From assembly GCA_009914755.4 (NCBI GenBank), contig CP086569.2, forward strand, positions 5,152,001 to 5,216,000: a stretch of DNA of 64,000 nt, in the 5' to 3' direction. Position numbers and translations under genes: made by a program. The notes beneath the pieces are model-generated. The model saw nothing but the letters and a program-made list of their open reading frames with translations, was not told the DNA's origin and made no database searches. Within the stretch, counting starts at the first letter, position 1, and each line of letters starts with the position of its first letter. This DNA is from the human T2T-CHM13v2.0 reference genome, Homo sapiens. This document shows positions 25,261 to 40,898 of this stretch, in pieces.

Positions 25261-26440
25261 GTTTATTTACAAGAATGCAAATGTAACCACCCAGTGGGTT
25301 CACCTTGCCCGCTGCCTAGAGAGAGCCAATTTATCAAGACAGGGGGATTTCAGTAGAGAAGGAGTAATTCACGCAGAGTTGGCTGTGTAGGAGTCCAGAG
25401 TTTTATTATTACTCAAATAAGTCTCCCTGAGCATTTGGGGAGAGAGTTTTTAAGGACAACTTGGTGGGTGAGGGGAAGCCAGTGAGCCAGGAGTGCTGAT
25501 TGGTCAGTGGTGAAATCGTAGAGATTCAAAGCTGTCTTCTTGGGCTGAGTTAGTTCCTGGGTGGGGGCCACAAGATCAGATGAGCCAGTTTATCGATCTG
25601 GGTGGTGCCAGCTGGTCCATCAAGTGCAGGATCTGCAAAATATCTCAAGCACTGATCTTAGGAGCAGTTTAGGGAGGGTCAGAATCTTGTAGCCTCCAGC
25701 TGCATGACTCCTAAACCATAATTACTAATCTTGTGGCTAATGTTAATCTTACAAAGGCAATCTAGTCCCCAGGCAAGAAAGAGGTCAGCTTTGGGAAAGG
25801 GCTGTTAGTGTATTTGTTTTAAACTATAAACTAAGTTTCTCCCAAAGTTAGTTCAGCCTATTCCCAGGAATGGACAAGGACAGCTTGGAGGTTAAGAAGC
25901 AAGACAGAGTTGGCTAGGTTAGATACCTTTCACTGTCTCAGTCATAATTTTGCAAAGGCGGTTTCACAAAGGCTTATTTAGTACTCTGAGACTTTAGAGT
26001 TGAAGCAGCTAAACTTTTTATAAACTTTTATGAAACTCTGCTTTTGAAGAATACAGTATTGATGATTATTTCAGTAGCTCCCTACTAAATATCTTTAGTA
26101 CTAATAAATGATAGATGACTGACAGGCTAGGTAATCCATGTATTTTAATGCCCTGTAATTCAGGTTAACATTCGGATTATGTCTGTGTAGAGGTGATCAG
26201 AAGACGACCTGAAGCTTTTATTTTCCTCTTTTCACTGTGGGTTCTAGATACAAAGACAAACAGAAAAAGGGATATTGACTAGGCAAAAGCATACAAAAAG
26301 GTATTTCAGTTACATTATTTCCCTGATAAATGCTTTAAATCTTAGAAAATACAGTGTGGTTTAATCAGATAATACAGTCAATCTCACTCTTCACAGCTTC
26401 CACACAACCTAACACTCATCCCCCAAAAAACTAAAACCAA

Positions 26441-26744
26441 GGCTGGGTGAGGTGGCTCATGCCTGTAATCCTAGCACTTTTGGAAGCCTAGGTGGGTGGA
26501 TTTCTTGAGCTCAAGGGTCGAGACCAGCCTGGGCAACATGGTGAAACCCCATCTCTACCAAAAATACAAAAAATTAGCTTGGTGTGGTGGTGCGCACCTA
26601 TGGTTCTAGTTACTTGGGAGGGTCGCTTGAGCCTGGGAGGTAGAGGTTGCAGTGAGCCAAGATTGTGCCATTGCATTCCAACCTAGATGACAGAATGAGA
26701 CCCTGTCTAAAACAAAACAAAACAAAACAAACAACAACAAAAAC
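26441..26744 (+). mobile_element. Older Alu (AluJ/S-like, many CpG to TpG changes) with a (CAAAA)n-type tail
   Basis: ggctgggtgaggtggctcatgcctgtaatcctagcacttttggaagcctaggtgggtggatttcttgagctcaagg ... aaacaaaacaaaacaaaacaaacaacaacaaaaac. Confidence 0.85.
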
Positions 26745-28622
26745 CCCTGCCTTCTGAACTCCTCAATATTACTTAGTTCCAGCAAGCTTTTCTTTTATTC
26801 AGTTTATTTTCTGCTCATACTAATTCTGCTAAGAGTTACCTTAACCAACACCACCCACTACTCCCTCTGAGAGGCCCAAAGGAATCCTGTCTGGCTGTTA
26901 CACTCACATGTAGAAAATCAGCAGACTATTTCTCATTAGAAGAAGTAATTTTATGTTCAGAAACATATTCCATAATATATATTACATATTACATGCATTA
27001 GTCATTTTCTCCTATTTTATTGAGACTTTAATATAAAAAATAATGGCTAAAAACTAAAGAAGATTCAAGTGAGCTACTTAAATATTTTATGCATCTATTA
27101 TATTTTCATATATCTTCCAATAAGTTTGAAGTATGATATTCAAATCTTTTCATAGCTCCATCTGAAGAAATGGCTGACTGTTAGACCTGAATTTGTGAAA
27201 ATATATGCATTCTGTTATGAAAATGCCTAGGATGTAAATTCTTCTCATCTTTGATATATGCAAATCTCTTAAATAAATTATACCTAATTTGAAGCTTTCA
27301 TGCTGCCAGTAGTTTAGTGCTTTGGTTGATCTATTGTTACATAGCAAACCATCAGTAATCTTTGGGGACATAAAAATCAATAGTCCTTCTTAATTTTTAG
27401 GTCAGGAATTTAGGTAGTGTACAGCAGATATAGCTATTTCTACTCCACAATGACTGCTGCCTTAAGTAGGGGGTGCTCAAATGTCTGAAGATAGTTAGGA
27501 TGACTCCAATAAGGCCACTAGCTGGAATGTTCATAATGGATTCTTCATGTACATATCCGGCACCTGAACTTGAGTGGCTGGAACAGCTGGGCCTCTCTCG
27601 GCATTGTAGTCTCTTTTTATACAGTCTTTCCACGAAGCTAGCTTGAGCTTCCCCACAGTATGGCATGCTCCCAGTACTCAAACTACTTTCAATGCAGCTG
27701 TAATTTTCCATGGTGAGTTTTCCAAGGGTGCAAAGCAGAAGCTACAGGGTTTGATTACAGAGTCTGTGCAGATTCAATGTGGTCTCAGGCTACTTGAAAG
27801 TCTGAATATCAAGAGGTGATGTCCATTGGGGAGCCTATTTTTGGAGACTACTACATATAGCATAGCAATGCTGCAAACAAAAATGCTGCTACAAGATCTG
27901 GTGAAGATGTTACAAACTTCTTCTTTCGGAAACCAAATGCTTCATCTTTATCTTTTTATTTGTATATATATTTTTATATTCTGCTAGGAATACCATTTAT
28001 GATGATAACTATAATTTGTTTTCATAATTACCATTAACTGTTATCCATATTATGTAATTACTTTTTTCTTAGAAAGTAAAATCAATTTAAATAAATTCCA
28101 ATTCAAAATTTTGTCTCTAAGATTCTTCTAAAGGATGATGTACTTTTAGTTTTCTAAGCCTACATGATTGAATAAATTTGTGTTATTATTCACAGTTTCA
28201 GCTCACTAGCAACTTACAGATACAGCAAAAAAGTATGGTTATATTTATCCACATTTATTACTCAAAAAATAAGTTATTGCCAAATAATACCTAAATAAAT
28301 ACATGTTAAAATTATGGTTGGAATTTCCAGTTTGCTCAAATGTGCTATAAAGCTGACTGTCTCTTGCTTTAGAACAAGTTGACTTTCATTCTGCATCTGG
28401 CTGTGCCTTGTTTTGAAATATAATGGAAGCAACACTGCCTTCAGGTGAAGAAGGTTTGAACACAGAATTGTGTTATTCACAAAAGCCTGAAATTGTTCAC
28501 AACTCAAGATAATGTTAATGTGTCTTCACCAGATAGCCGAAATAATGCATTTTCTAAATTGCAGCATTAAGCAATGATTCAGATCATATCTGAAACCCTG
28601 TAATTTTCATTCTCCCTTTCAG

Positions 28623-28821
28623 TCCCAGCGGCGTGTCACATTTCACCTGCCAGAAGGCTCTCAGGAAAGCAGCAGTGATGGTGGACTGGGAGACCATGAT
28701 GCAGGCAGCCTTACCAGCACATCCCATGGCCTGCCCCTTGGCTATCCTCAGGAGGAGTACTTTGATCGTGCTACACCCAGCAATCGCACTGAAGGGGATG
28801 GCAACTCCGATCCTGAATCTA
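28623..28821 (+). CDS. Internal protein-coding exon (199 nt) of an unidentified host gene. Frame 1 reads [66 protein letters not shown]
   Basis: The acceptor is taattttcattctccctttcag|TCC with a strong polypyrimidine tract. The donor is AATCTA|gtaagtgat, a perfect GTAAGT. Two frames are open across the exon and frame 1 gives a plausible acidic, Ser-rich, low-complexity sequence. CpGs are retained inside it (cagcggcgtgtc, gatcgtgc, aatcgcac, ctccgatcc). The surrounding intron is AT-rich. The exon length (3n+1) implies a phase change. Confidence 0.6.
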
Positions 28822-31251
28822 GTAAGTGATACCTCTCTGGTTCCTCAATATAAACGGGCTTACTGTGTTTGCAACTCAAGCTATCATAGCCATAATAACA
28901 TGGGCTAATTTATTATGTTATTGTGAATAGTGACACATTTTTGAAAGGTAAACATACAGAATTAGATGGATGGCAAGTATAAGGCAGTTTATAATATTTT
29001 AAATGTATGATCATAACTACGCTGAATGAAATTTATTATAGTGACTTTGTTAAGGCATAGATAGAATTTTCCATTTATGTACACCTGTAATTTATTTGTA
29101 TATAAACAGCCAATTTATTTTATTTTATTCATTTATTTGTGAAGGTATAAATTTTTTCTTATATATAAAAATATTTCCTAGATTTTATTTTTATTTTTAT
29201 TAGAGATAAAAACCATTGACAGTTATTTTCTTTCTGAGGAAATAAGAGATCCTGACTCCAATGTAGGAGAGGGCATCTGAGGTTTTCAGCAATATACTGA
29301 AATCACACACCTGTGCCATGTTACTGTTTAGAAAGGTATTCACATTTGGTCTTCAGACAGAAGGCACAAAATCTGTGTTTTGCAAATTCCAAAGATGTTG
29401 AACTCTTTAAAAGGATCATAGAGTTGATATTAAATAAAATTTCATTAAATGTATTATCTTGAACGTGTAGCGAACAACCTTGCTGATTTATAATTTCAGG
29501 AAATACAAAATTTGATAAGATATATATTTCTCGGAAGAGTCTTGAAATTGCAAGAAGCTACAATTTGCTCCATTTATGTTATGTACATAAAAGTATGTAG
29601 ATACAAAAAAGCATACAATATATGTGAGAAAAAAGTCATAGCCATAAACCAATATGAAAAAAAATGGGCCAAATACCTGGCAAAAACATAAATAAGGTAA
29701 TATAAACTAGACATTTTGAAAGGTTATTTTGAGCATTATGGATTGCAGGGATGTATAATTCAAATAAAGCTTCTAGGCTTTAGAACAAAATAGCTTCCCT
29801 ATCATTGTATTTTAATCCTCTATTTTTGAAACTTCAAAAAATAGGGAAATGGATTGGCTAAACATTATGATATAATCTAAGGCTAAACATATGGAACCAA
29901 TGACAACATAACATCAACTTTTTCTCTCTACAGATGTAGATGCTATATATTATAGGTATTTTTAATGTAAAAATATTAGAGACTTTTGAGTCAGCAAGTT
30001 CAGACAGTCCTAAAAATCTACTATCTCCATTTTCAATTTTATACTTGGAATAAATGATCAACATTTGTTCTGAAGATAAAAAATTCCCCTATACCTTGTG
30101 TCACTAAACTATCTTTAATTTACTTTGTTTAGCACAGCAAAATGACTCCTGGTAGAAATACATAGTTGTGATTATATTTACTTGTGTAATGAACTAAGAG
30201 TTAATCTCTAATAAGAATATGATCATAAGTAACAAATACACATTAAGCAAGGGTGCCACTGATCTTCTTTCCTCCATAAATCATTGTTTTAGTTGTAGGT
30301 CTATCATGCCCTGTTAAATAAGAATATAGAAATGGGATAAGTATCATTTTTATAAACTAGAAAGAGTTGATTCATTTGTACATGATGTGTTACTAAGCCT
30401 CTTTCATAGAGGATTGCATAGCAACAATTAAAGAGTAAACTCAGAGTAAGCATCCACAGTGCACATCTCACCCTGAAATAAAATTCCAACTGAATGAGAC
30501 TCAAATGGAATACTGTTGATAATAGTAGGAGAATTGGTATGTGTCAGAAATAGTAAAACATTTAACATTAAATATAGCTTTATTAATCCCAATTATATTT
30601 AGAAATAAGTAGTTGTTTTAAAAAGTATTCAAATGCATAGTTCTTAACAGAAGCTGGTCTTGTTTATAGTTAAGGATATAAGTGCTAGCATCAATGTATT
30701 AGCTGACATACTTAGGGGCTTTTTTTAAAAAAGGGTGCTTTCTGTTAGGAGCTAAACATTTCTCTCTTCTAATTATATTTACACTATTATCTTGAACATT
30801 AAATATCTTGTTCATATTTACTCTACAGGATGAAGGACTCACAAAATTTGCATTAAAAACTTTAGTTGCTCAATCGATTTTATTTTAAAATCTAGATGTC
30901 TGTGGGCAATGATAATAGTAAAACAAATTGTATATTTTGCTGCTTATTATTTTAATAAACTTATGCAAAGGGTAGATATAATTAAAAATGAATGCCCATT
31001 TTCTACAAGTCTAACAATATTGTTAAGCGAATGTTTAAATGTTATTTTTTTACTATGAATAATACTAACAAACTGCTCTCCTACTAAATGTGAAACCTCC
31101 CCCTAAATCATGTTCCAAGAAAATTTTTGTTAGGAGTTTTGTTTTGGGACAGTCAGAGACCTTACTAAAAGTGCAAGAAGCACAATAATTTACTTGAAAT
31201 GAAGCTCCATTGTCTTAATGTGTCACGGTAGTGAAATGTTTAACATAGTAC

Positions 31252-31286
31252 GTGTGTGTGTGTGTGTGTGTGAGTGTGTGTGTGTT
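31252..31286. repeat. (TG)n microsatellite
   Basis: gtgtgtgtgtgtgtgtgtgtgagtgtgtgtgtgtt. Confidence 0.85.
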
Positions 31287-34200
31287 GTTTTAATTAAAAA
31301 GAAAAAACATAGCTGGTTTAGAATTGGCCATAGCAAAGTAATCTCTTTAGGCTAATACTGATGATAAGGTATTTTGATTCTTCAAAAAGCAAAGCTATAG
31401 CTCTGAAATAGCACCCGATAATGGGTTTTATGATATGGAGCAGATGCCAATAAACTGTGCATTGTTTGTCAATAGCACCACTGATAGGAATGTAAAGTGT
31501 TAGAGGAAATAAATGCTGTCCTTAAGCAATGGAATTAATTTATGCAGTTCCCATTTCACATTTTGAAATGTATTACATCTTCAATCTGCTTTCTTTCTTG
31601 CTAGTGAATTGCCAAAATAGCACATAGTTCTGCAAATCCTTTGTAAATTCACAAAACAGGAATAAACATGACATTTATGAATAAGGGTATTCTGTAAAAT
31701 TTGCTAGAGGGATTTATTAATACTGCTTTAAAAATATAGTTCCCTGGTTGATAAAAATCTGCTGCTTAGGTGAAGAAATCACACAATTCATTCTCTTAAG
31801 TCTTTTGCCAAGACTATTAACTTTTCTTTTTAAAATAAAGAAAACAAACTCAAGCCAATTATTACTTTTTGAGGAGACAAAGTCAATAAAATATCCTGTC
31901 TCATTCCATCTGAAGACTTTGTAATTTTTAAATTTTATAATTGCAATCTCTTTACTGTGGCCATTGGACTAAGGGTCACTTAATGCCATTCTATACAGTT
32001 CTGTCTTCCTTGGATGACAGCTTATATTCTAGACCTTTCCTCCTACCATAGCCTCATCAGATTATTTACAATGAACCCTGCTCTTTGAAGCTAGTTAATT
32101 TGTTAAAAAGCAAAAACAAAATAGAAACCCAATTCAAAAACAGCACTATTGATTGCTGCTGGGTTACTGTGGATACTGGAACAGATAATGTCTGCATTTT
32201 CAAAGGATTTTCTTGAGACACATTCATGGAGACACATGTGGCCCTGGTAAAGAACAAGTTGTGAGTCTACTTTTGAGGATTTTACATATCCAGGTATAGT
32301 GTTAACTCAGAGATTTGAGGATAGTGAGATCCTCTTGGGACTACTGTAAACACATTAAACTATGTATGGCCCTATGCTCCTATCTACTTATTTTTAAGTA
32401 GTCTCAGGTAAAATATGATTTTTGAGGATATGATTTAAAAATGCTTTCCAATTTGTTTTCTAAATTTTTTTTCTGTTTTTATAATTCAGACTGAGTGCTG
32501 AGACATACAGAAATATTAGCAAATGTCTACACATTAAACTTCTGAGATTTTTTAATACTCTATGTTTATGAAGCCAGGGTTTTTATGTTTTGTCCTCAAA
32601 TAGAGAATGCATTGCTGCTATTTCACTACAGGTAAGTTGGATCTAAAAGGGTAACTACTAATATTTTTACATTTCTACTGATCTGCTGGCATATTATAAT
32701 TTTCCAGCTTCATTGGAAGAAATAAAATAGCCATAATTCTTTGGAAGATAAATGGTGAAATAGAGTATTGCTAAAGAGGCTCAAATCAGTCTTCAGCTTT
32801 CTAGTCATAAATCAGTACAATTGCAGAGAAAAATCCCCCTAAAATGAAGAGGAGAATGATTTAGTTTATATCAGTATTTTAATTTTCTTCAACTGAACAA
32901 GTTATGTCATCTGTATTTTTTAAAACCTCTTCATTGTATGTGATCATTTCACGCATGAAGTCACTCTATCTGAAAATGTTATAGCTGGTCTAGTGTCCAG
33001 CATTGAATCTTAAAGTAACAAAATACTTGAGTGAAATTTCTTCATCTTCCCCCAAAAAAGTTAATGCTTTTCCTCTTTTTGTATAACATAGTCATTTCTG
33101 TGATACAAAAGAAGAAAATATAGAGTTTCAAGAACATTTAGGGCTAAAAAATTATATGTTTAAAATAAAGATCAATATATGTTTTTATTAAAATGATGTC
33201 TGCTAGAGTTTATCTCATGTTAGCAAATCTGTTTGACATTCATTTTTATTTCAGTAGATCAGGTTTGCTTAGCACTCAAATACACTACTAATTAATTCAC
33301 AACAAGGAAGTAATTAATCTTTCCCTGGCAAGGCACTTTGATTGATCTTCTACCAGTAATCCAATAAATTGGTATAAAAAGTGGGAGACCAATTTGATTG
33401 ACTAGAATGAATTTCTACTCAGAGAAATGCCAGATTTTCTCCTGATCTGCTAAGAGTATTGACATGAATAACACTAGGGTAATTACTAGTAAGTGTTTGA
33501 ACATCTCATTATTTGAATATCTAATTCTAAACATAGACTACTGGTAAAATTAAAAAATCAAAACCAAAAACTGTGAAACGTTAAAAGAATAAGCTAGTAA
33601 TGGGTCATTAAAACTCAGCCTTTCATAATTAAAAACATTAGGAGTCAGTTGTCTAAAAGCAAAATAAAGCCATGGAAATATTTTTCCCTGGAAAATATTG
33701 ATATACTAGTACCTTGGGGAAAGCAGTGATCTAATTATTTATCTAAAAAATTCAAGGAGAAAATATGATTCAATTATAGAAAAAAGGAGTAGTATTGGTT
33801 AGTATATTTAAGAGAAGAGTAACACTTCTGATGTGGCAGAAAATCATCTGAGTCCACAGTTCAGCTAATATTACCCGTATAACTGTTAATTAAGTGTTTT
33901 TGTTTGCTGCTATATGCCCAGGAAAATTTGACTCCATAGGCTTTCTAATATTTCTTTAAAATGCATTTTTGACGAAAGTCACATATCAATTCATGTATTA
34001 CAATAAAAAGAAAAGTGAATGCATCATTTTGTTAATATTTTTACATGAAACAAATGGGAAATATATTCCACTTAACAAAAAGAAATTATGCTCCCTTTAA
34101 AGGTTAATTACATAGCAAGGCCAATTCTGACTCTGTAGGCTATGTATTTGTAAGATTATTTCTTAAAACTGTGCTCAGTAGCCTATATAATAGTGTCAGT

Positions 34201-36345
34201 CCATGGTAGAAAGGGGGGAGTAAAATAATTTAAATCAGCTCAGCAAGCTTAATGTCATGTGTTTTGAAAAATGAATCAATCAGTATTTCTAAGGAGTGAT
34301 GTTATCATTATCAATGATATCAGTTATGGTCTATTTCAAGAAAGAGGTTGAACTCCATGGCCCCGGGTTCTGGAAATATAGGACATATGCCTGCTCTATT
34401 TCATTGCCTTGCCAAGAGAAAACAATATATAGCTTTATGCTGCTACTGAAAATTTAAAAATTTCCTTAATATTTATTAATATTTTTAAGGTAACAATAAT
34501 ATCAAAGTCACTTTTATTCTTTTTCAAATGAAATATCATTGTAATAATTGATACTGTCAATGATTATTACCAGTTTATTTTAGTCCGTGATGTGTTATGT
34601 AAATAGTGTTAGAAAAGTATCTATATATAAATAGGTTATAAAGAATGGTTCCACCCAAGAGTTCAGCCATCTGCCATTGTTTTAGAGAGAATAAGGTATA
34701 CTTGGTAGTGACAGTAGTTTTTATAATAAATGTGCTTAGGCAGGTATAAACAGTGATCTGGTAGCAGATGCTCTGTGATGTATATTAATTTTACCATTTA
34801 AACTGACATGCTTTTCAAAAGTAAATCTTTCTCTATTGAAGCTTCTGAAAGTTTATAAATACATTATAATAAGAAAAATGGGTAAAACACGTCTTACGAT
34901 ACCATCCTATCATATTCAACTTCCCTATATAAGAGATGCAATCTCAATGTAGACCAATTGAAAAATGACTGCTAATTTGGAGTATATAGGCTTTGGGAAG
35001 GCAACAAAAGCTTTATGCTAGAGATAATCTTTAAACAATTATAGAGGTCATGAATTAAAATGAGAAGTATATCTTTAAAGTTGGAGACTTGAAGACATTT
35101 ACAGGATTTTATTTGGGTGACAGTCTCTAAGATGAGTGTATCTTTAATATCTTAAATATAATATGGATTAGATAGAGGTTGATCACTCAAAAGCAGGCCA
35201 CTATAAGTAAAGCAATCTCTTATCTTGTCTTTTCTGTTTGAAAGTGACAAGCACTAGGAGACTGGCACAAGCTGCCAGTTGAAAGCCAATGCCATAGGTC
35301 TGGAATGTCAATAAGCTTGAATAATCACCTAAAGTGGCAGAGAATAGGTGGCCTTCTCTTCACAATAAACCTTCTCTTGCTTCTAAATTTTATTAAGCTT
35401 CCTACACCAAATAATAAAGGTCATTTAACATTTGTGTTTCTATAATTTATGAGCCATGAGGCGATTCATTTTATGACAACATTCTTTCTTCTGCTTTTTA
35501 AAAAATCTTACTTCTCACTTTCCTTTGCCTATAAGACAGACTATTTGCCATTTGTTATTTTTTGTAGTTCTTTGAAAGTCAGTATAATCAGTCATTCAAG
35601 ATGTAGCATTTGGGTGACTTGGAATATTTAGTAGTGTTAGCCACACATCAACTTCTTATTTTAAAATGATTTATAAATTTTAATGAATGAGGAGTATTAT
35701 AGCAACATATTTTTAATCCCCATGACACTTTTAAAATTGGACAATAACTTGCAACTCTCATGATTGCTTTCATCAACAGAACATTCAACAACTGGTGAAT
35801 ATATCAAGGAATTCATTAAAAAATGAATAACTATAGACCATCTGTCTTACCATGATTTCTATGATTTTTTAATTTACATTTTATTGAATATTGAAGATGC
35901 CCAATAGAGAATAGAATAGAGATAACAGTGTTCGCTTAGCCAATTTTTTCTCTCTCTTAATCAATAATCTTAGAAATTGTTTTCCCAGTTCCACTAGGTA
36001 CATGGTCTTTATCTGGCATTAATCAATCTTATATTGGAAATGTTTGTATGTTATCTAAACAAACTTTTTCTGAATAGTGTATATGAAATAAGCCATTAAA
36101 AGTTTAGTTTTTTCTTAGAAAATTCTTCTCTTGCAATTTGTATAGACCTGAAAGGCTGGTAATTTTAAATATTATTTTGGGGTATCTAATTATACGATAA
36201 AAATATTTGAACATTGAATACAAATTTTTATTGCGGTAATTCTTTGTGTAATCACTATTCATGAAACCTTTTCAGCACAGACCATTGTAGATAATTTGTT
36301 TTAGGCAATCATCTTACGTATTACAGAACTCTAGTCCGTTTACTA

Positions 36346-36470
36346 CAATTAACTAGCTCTGTGAACTTGGATAGGTCTTTTAACTTCACTGTCTCTTTTT
36401 CTTAATTTATATAATGAAGGGATTATACGAATCTCTAGTGCCCCTTCTAGGGTCATAATTTTGTAACTAT
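36346..36470 (+). mobile_element. MIR SINE fragment
   Basis: tagctctgtgaacttggataggtcttttaacttcactgtctctttttcttaatttatataatgaagggatta resembles the MIR core tagctgtgtgaccttgggcaagtcacttaacctctctgagcctcagtttcctcatctgtaaaatgggg. Confidence 0.4.
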
Positions 36471-36539
36471 TAAAATCCCAGAATTTACATGTGCAGGTGT
36501 TGCCTTTTACATTGTCTTTAAATTCTAGAGCTCTCAGGG

Positions 36540-36640
36540 ACCTTGGGTGCTATTTAGTCCAGCTCCCTCATTATGCAAATGAGATAACTGAGATTTGGCC
36601 CTTTTAAGCAACAACTTAATGTTCTAAATTAAGATTTGAA
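36540..36640 (-). mobile_element. MIR SINE fragment in reverse orientation
   Basis: ctcattatgcaaatgagataactgagatttggcc resembles the reverse complement of the MIR core, cctcattttacagatgaggaaactgaggcccag. Confidence 0.35.
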
Positions 36641-37378
36641 GTGTATCGTTTATCGTGTTCTAAAATAAGAGTCACTAATGTTGGTAAGCAGCTACTTTTG
36701 AAATTTAAATGAAACAACTCATGAGAGAAAAGTAGTATAAAATTTAGCATTATCATCACTCAAGGGGACTGTTACAATATATCCAAATGGAGAACTTTTT
36801 TATATGTGATGAGGCCCTTTATTTTTTTAAAAAGGTTCCTGTTTTAAAAATGCCCTGAAAGAGCATTTGGAGCAATACAGACTGCCGATTTCTAAAATTA
36901 CTGTTTGTGCTAACCAGTGAAAGTACTGCAGAAAAAACTGTAAACATGCTGAATGATAATGATCTCTATGTCAGGAAAACTAGCCACTTTTCACTATGCT
37001 TATCTAATGTAGTTAAATTGTGTGTACGTGTGTGTATGATTACTTCCAGAACAACTTGGAATTAAAAAATGAATTTTAGAAGGTAAATTTCCTTTGAATA
37101 TGATGAAAAGTGCATAAACAGAATCTCCAGGAGGAGAAACGCAGAATATGTGAATATATCTTTTATGCATTCTGCTGTAAACTCAGCTCTTCCTCTATAT
37201 GAAATTCCTGTGTAACTCTATGCTACTTCTACTTTCCAGAAGAATGAAGTCTCAGTTAACAAGGAATTGATATTCATAGACTCAATCGACTGAGTTAATA
37301 GTGTGCCATATAGTCAAAATGTTTTGGGTAAACCCTATTATAATAGTCCTTTTTGGATAATGATTAGAACTTGAGATG

Positions 37379-37863
<485 letters not shown>

Positions 37864-38345
37864 AAGTTATATGAAGTTTGTCTTACATATAAAGTCTGTT
37901 AGCTTTTATTTATACTAATAGATGACATCATAGAAATTGATGCTCTGGATTAAGAAAGTCATGCAAAAATAAAAATATTTTGAGAAGAATACTTGATCAT
38001 CTTGAAAATAGCATTAGTTTTATAGGACAATATTATTGAAGCATGTAAAAAAAACAGTGAGTTTTAATTAACTTTTAGAAGATTCTACTCCTACTCCTTG
38101 GCTTATCAATAGTGCATTGCAAGGTTCACTTGGCTCACTATAATTTTTATTTTAATGATGTTGTTTTCCAGGGCTGAGTTTAGACTGTGATTTCCTTAGA
38201 TTTATGCATGTAACTTAATCTAAAACTGAACCTGACAATTTTTTCTAACTGATTGTTCCATTTAACTGTATTCTGTCTCTTTGGAAAGTGTGTGTCCTCA
38301 TATTGCAGAAATGCCTCTTAAATTTGATTTGAAGAAGGAGTCAAT

Positions 38346-38431
38346 TTTTTTTTTGGGGGGTGGGGGAACGGAATCTCACTGTCACCCAGGCTGGAGTGCA
38401 GTGGCGCGATCTCAGCTCACTGCAACCTGAG
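38346..38431 (-). mobile_element. Severely 5'-truncated Alu (last 70 bp or so) with TSD aggagtcaa
   Basis: t10 gggggg tgggggaacggaatctcactgtcacccaggctggagtgcagtggcgcgatctcagctcactgcaacc, flanked by aaggagtcaa and gaggagtcaa. Confidence 0.7.
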
Positions 38432-39584
38432 AGGAGTCAACTTTACAGAGGTACATACATGTCTTCTACATTCTTTTAAAGAATGTAGCTAATTAATCTG
38501 ATTTTTAAAGACTAAGTTAAATATTAACAAGGAATTCAGGGATCTTTGCCTCATTCAGACTGTAGTTACAAGGACAGAGTACTCATTAGAGATATTTTTG
38601 ATATATGAATGCACCAAAGGCATTCTCAGTTGTTGGATAAATCATGTATTTGATTCAGCTGTTTGTGTTTGTTTTCTTCGTTCAGATAATCTTCTATAAA
38701 AGCTACTTTTACTAGCTTAAATCCATTGCAAACTTTGCAGTAATAATGTTTTCTAATTTCTCTTCCCCCAGTTGATTATGAATTATACTGGACAGAAGAA
38801 CAGGATACATTGAAAAATTTCACACAAATATGTTTTTATTCAAGTAGAAAACTGGAGTTTTAGGATTTGACCCAAATTAAATCCAAATATTGAAATTTCA
38901 ATTCAAAGTGCCATAGTATTGAACTATTAAGTCTTCCCTTCTGAAATAACTAGCCATTACATTTTTGCAAAACAGCTTAACTTATGAAATATAATATCTG
39001 AAATCCAAATATCATGGCGAAAGATCTTAAACAAAGTGAGCCCAATTCAATACCCATGTAACTTTGGCAAATATCCCCTCAGGGTTTCAAAGGATATGAA
39101 CTGTGGCTAAGTAAAAAAACCTTTCATCTAGAAAGATCCCATAATGCCCAACAGTCTGAAGTGAATCTGTCTATGTGTTAGTACTCAATACAGGGTAAAA
39201 ACATACTGCTTTCAGGGCAGAGAATTGGAATTTCACTGCACAAGGGAAATTTATCATATGCTTGAAACTGAACTTTCAGAGCTGCTTTAGCAATACTATT
39301 TTTTGCAGAAAGAAAAAAAAAAGTTGACCTTCAGAGACCTTGTTTTCAAAAGACCATGAATTTCTTTGTCTACTCCCAAAAAGATTTTTTTTGAAATCAG
39401 AGAATTTTAATACCCGTAAGAGATGCAGATATGTTTAATTCTCTTATATTCTGTTTCTTTCTTAGTCTCTTATCTACAAAACACATTTTAGTGGTTATTA
39501 AAGTATATAAGACTAAATAACTCGTTATGAAGAGAAGCATTCTATTGGAGTGGGACCAGATTGCCTAGAAGAGAATATCAAGTC

Positions 39585-39725
39585 TGCTCCTTCCTAGTAG
39601 TATGACATTTGACAAGACATTTAGGCTTCCTGTGCCTCAGCTTTGTGCATCCTTAAAATGAGAATAATAAAAGCAGTTGCTTTGTAGCATTGTTGTATTA
39701 AATGAAAGTGCATGTATTTGTCTGC
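39585..39725 (+). mobile_element. MIR SINE fragment
   Basis: cctgtgcctcagctttgtgcatccttaaaatgagaataataaaagcagttgctttgtagcattgttgtattaaatgaaagtgcatgtatt resembles the MIR stretch cagtttcctcatctgtaaaatggg..aataatacctacctcatagggttgttgtgaggattaaatgag..atgcatgtaaagc. Confidence 0.45.
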
Positions 39726-39762
39726 ATATATACATATATTTACAGCATTTAAAAATATTTTA

Positions 39763-40078
<316 letters not shown>

Positions 40079-40465
40079 TCACACAGCACTTTTCAGTTTC
40101 AAATGCATACAGACCACCTAGAAATTTTGTTAAAATGCAAACTCAGCAGTTGGGTATAGGGACCAGAGAGTTTTCATTTCTAACAAGTCCCCAGGGTATG
40201 TGAATACTGTTGGTGTGGGGGCTACACTTTGGGTAGCAAAGTTCTAACAAATGTGCTTAGCAGCTGACCCAGGTAAAGATGAAGGAGAGCAGAGCAGCAA
40301 TTGGCCATGATAAACTGAGGCATTAAAATAACTCATGACAATCTGTCCTAAAGCCTCAGACACATTGTATTATATTTTAAGATACATAAAATTTTACCAT
40401 ACTGGAGTTTGTATTATAGAGACTTTGAGATAATTCTCATAGTAAAGTGCAGAAAAGCATTATAG

Positions 40466-40898
<433 letters not shown>

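Noticed and set aside
28633-28908. 91 aa ORF from the six-frame track that overlaps the exon and reads through the splice donor
   Set aside because: It is the alternative open frame of the exon, continued into the intron past a consensus GTAAGT donor. Its extension beyond 28821 is intronic read-through. The Met start is internal and has no support.
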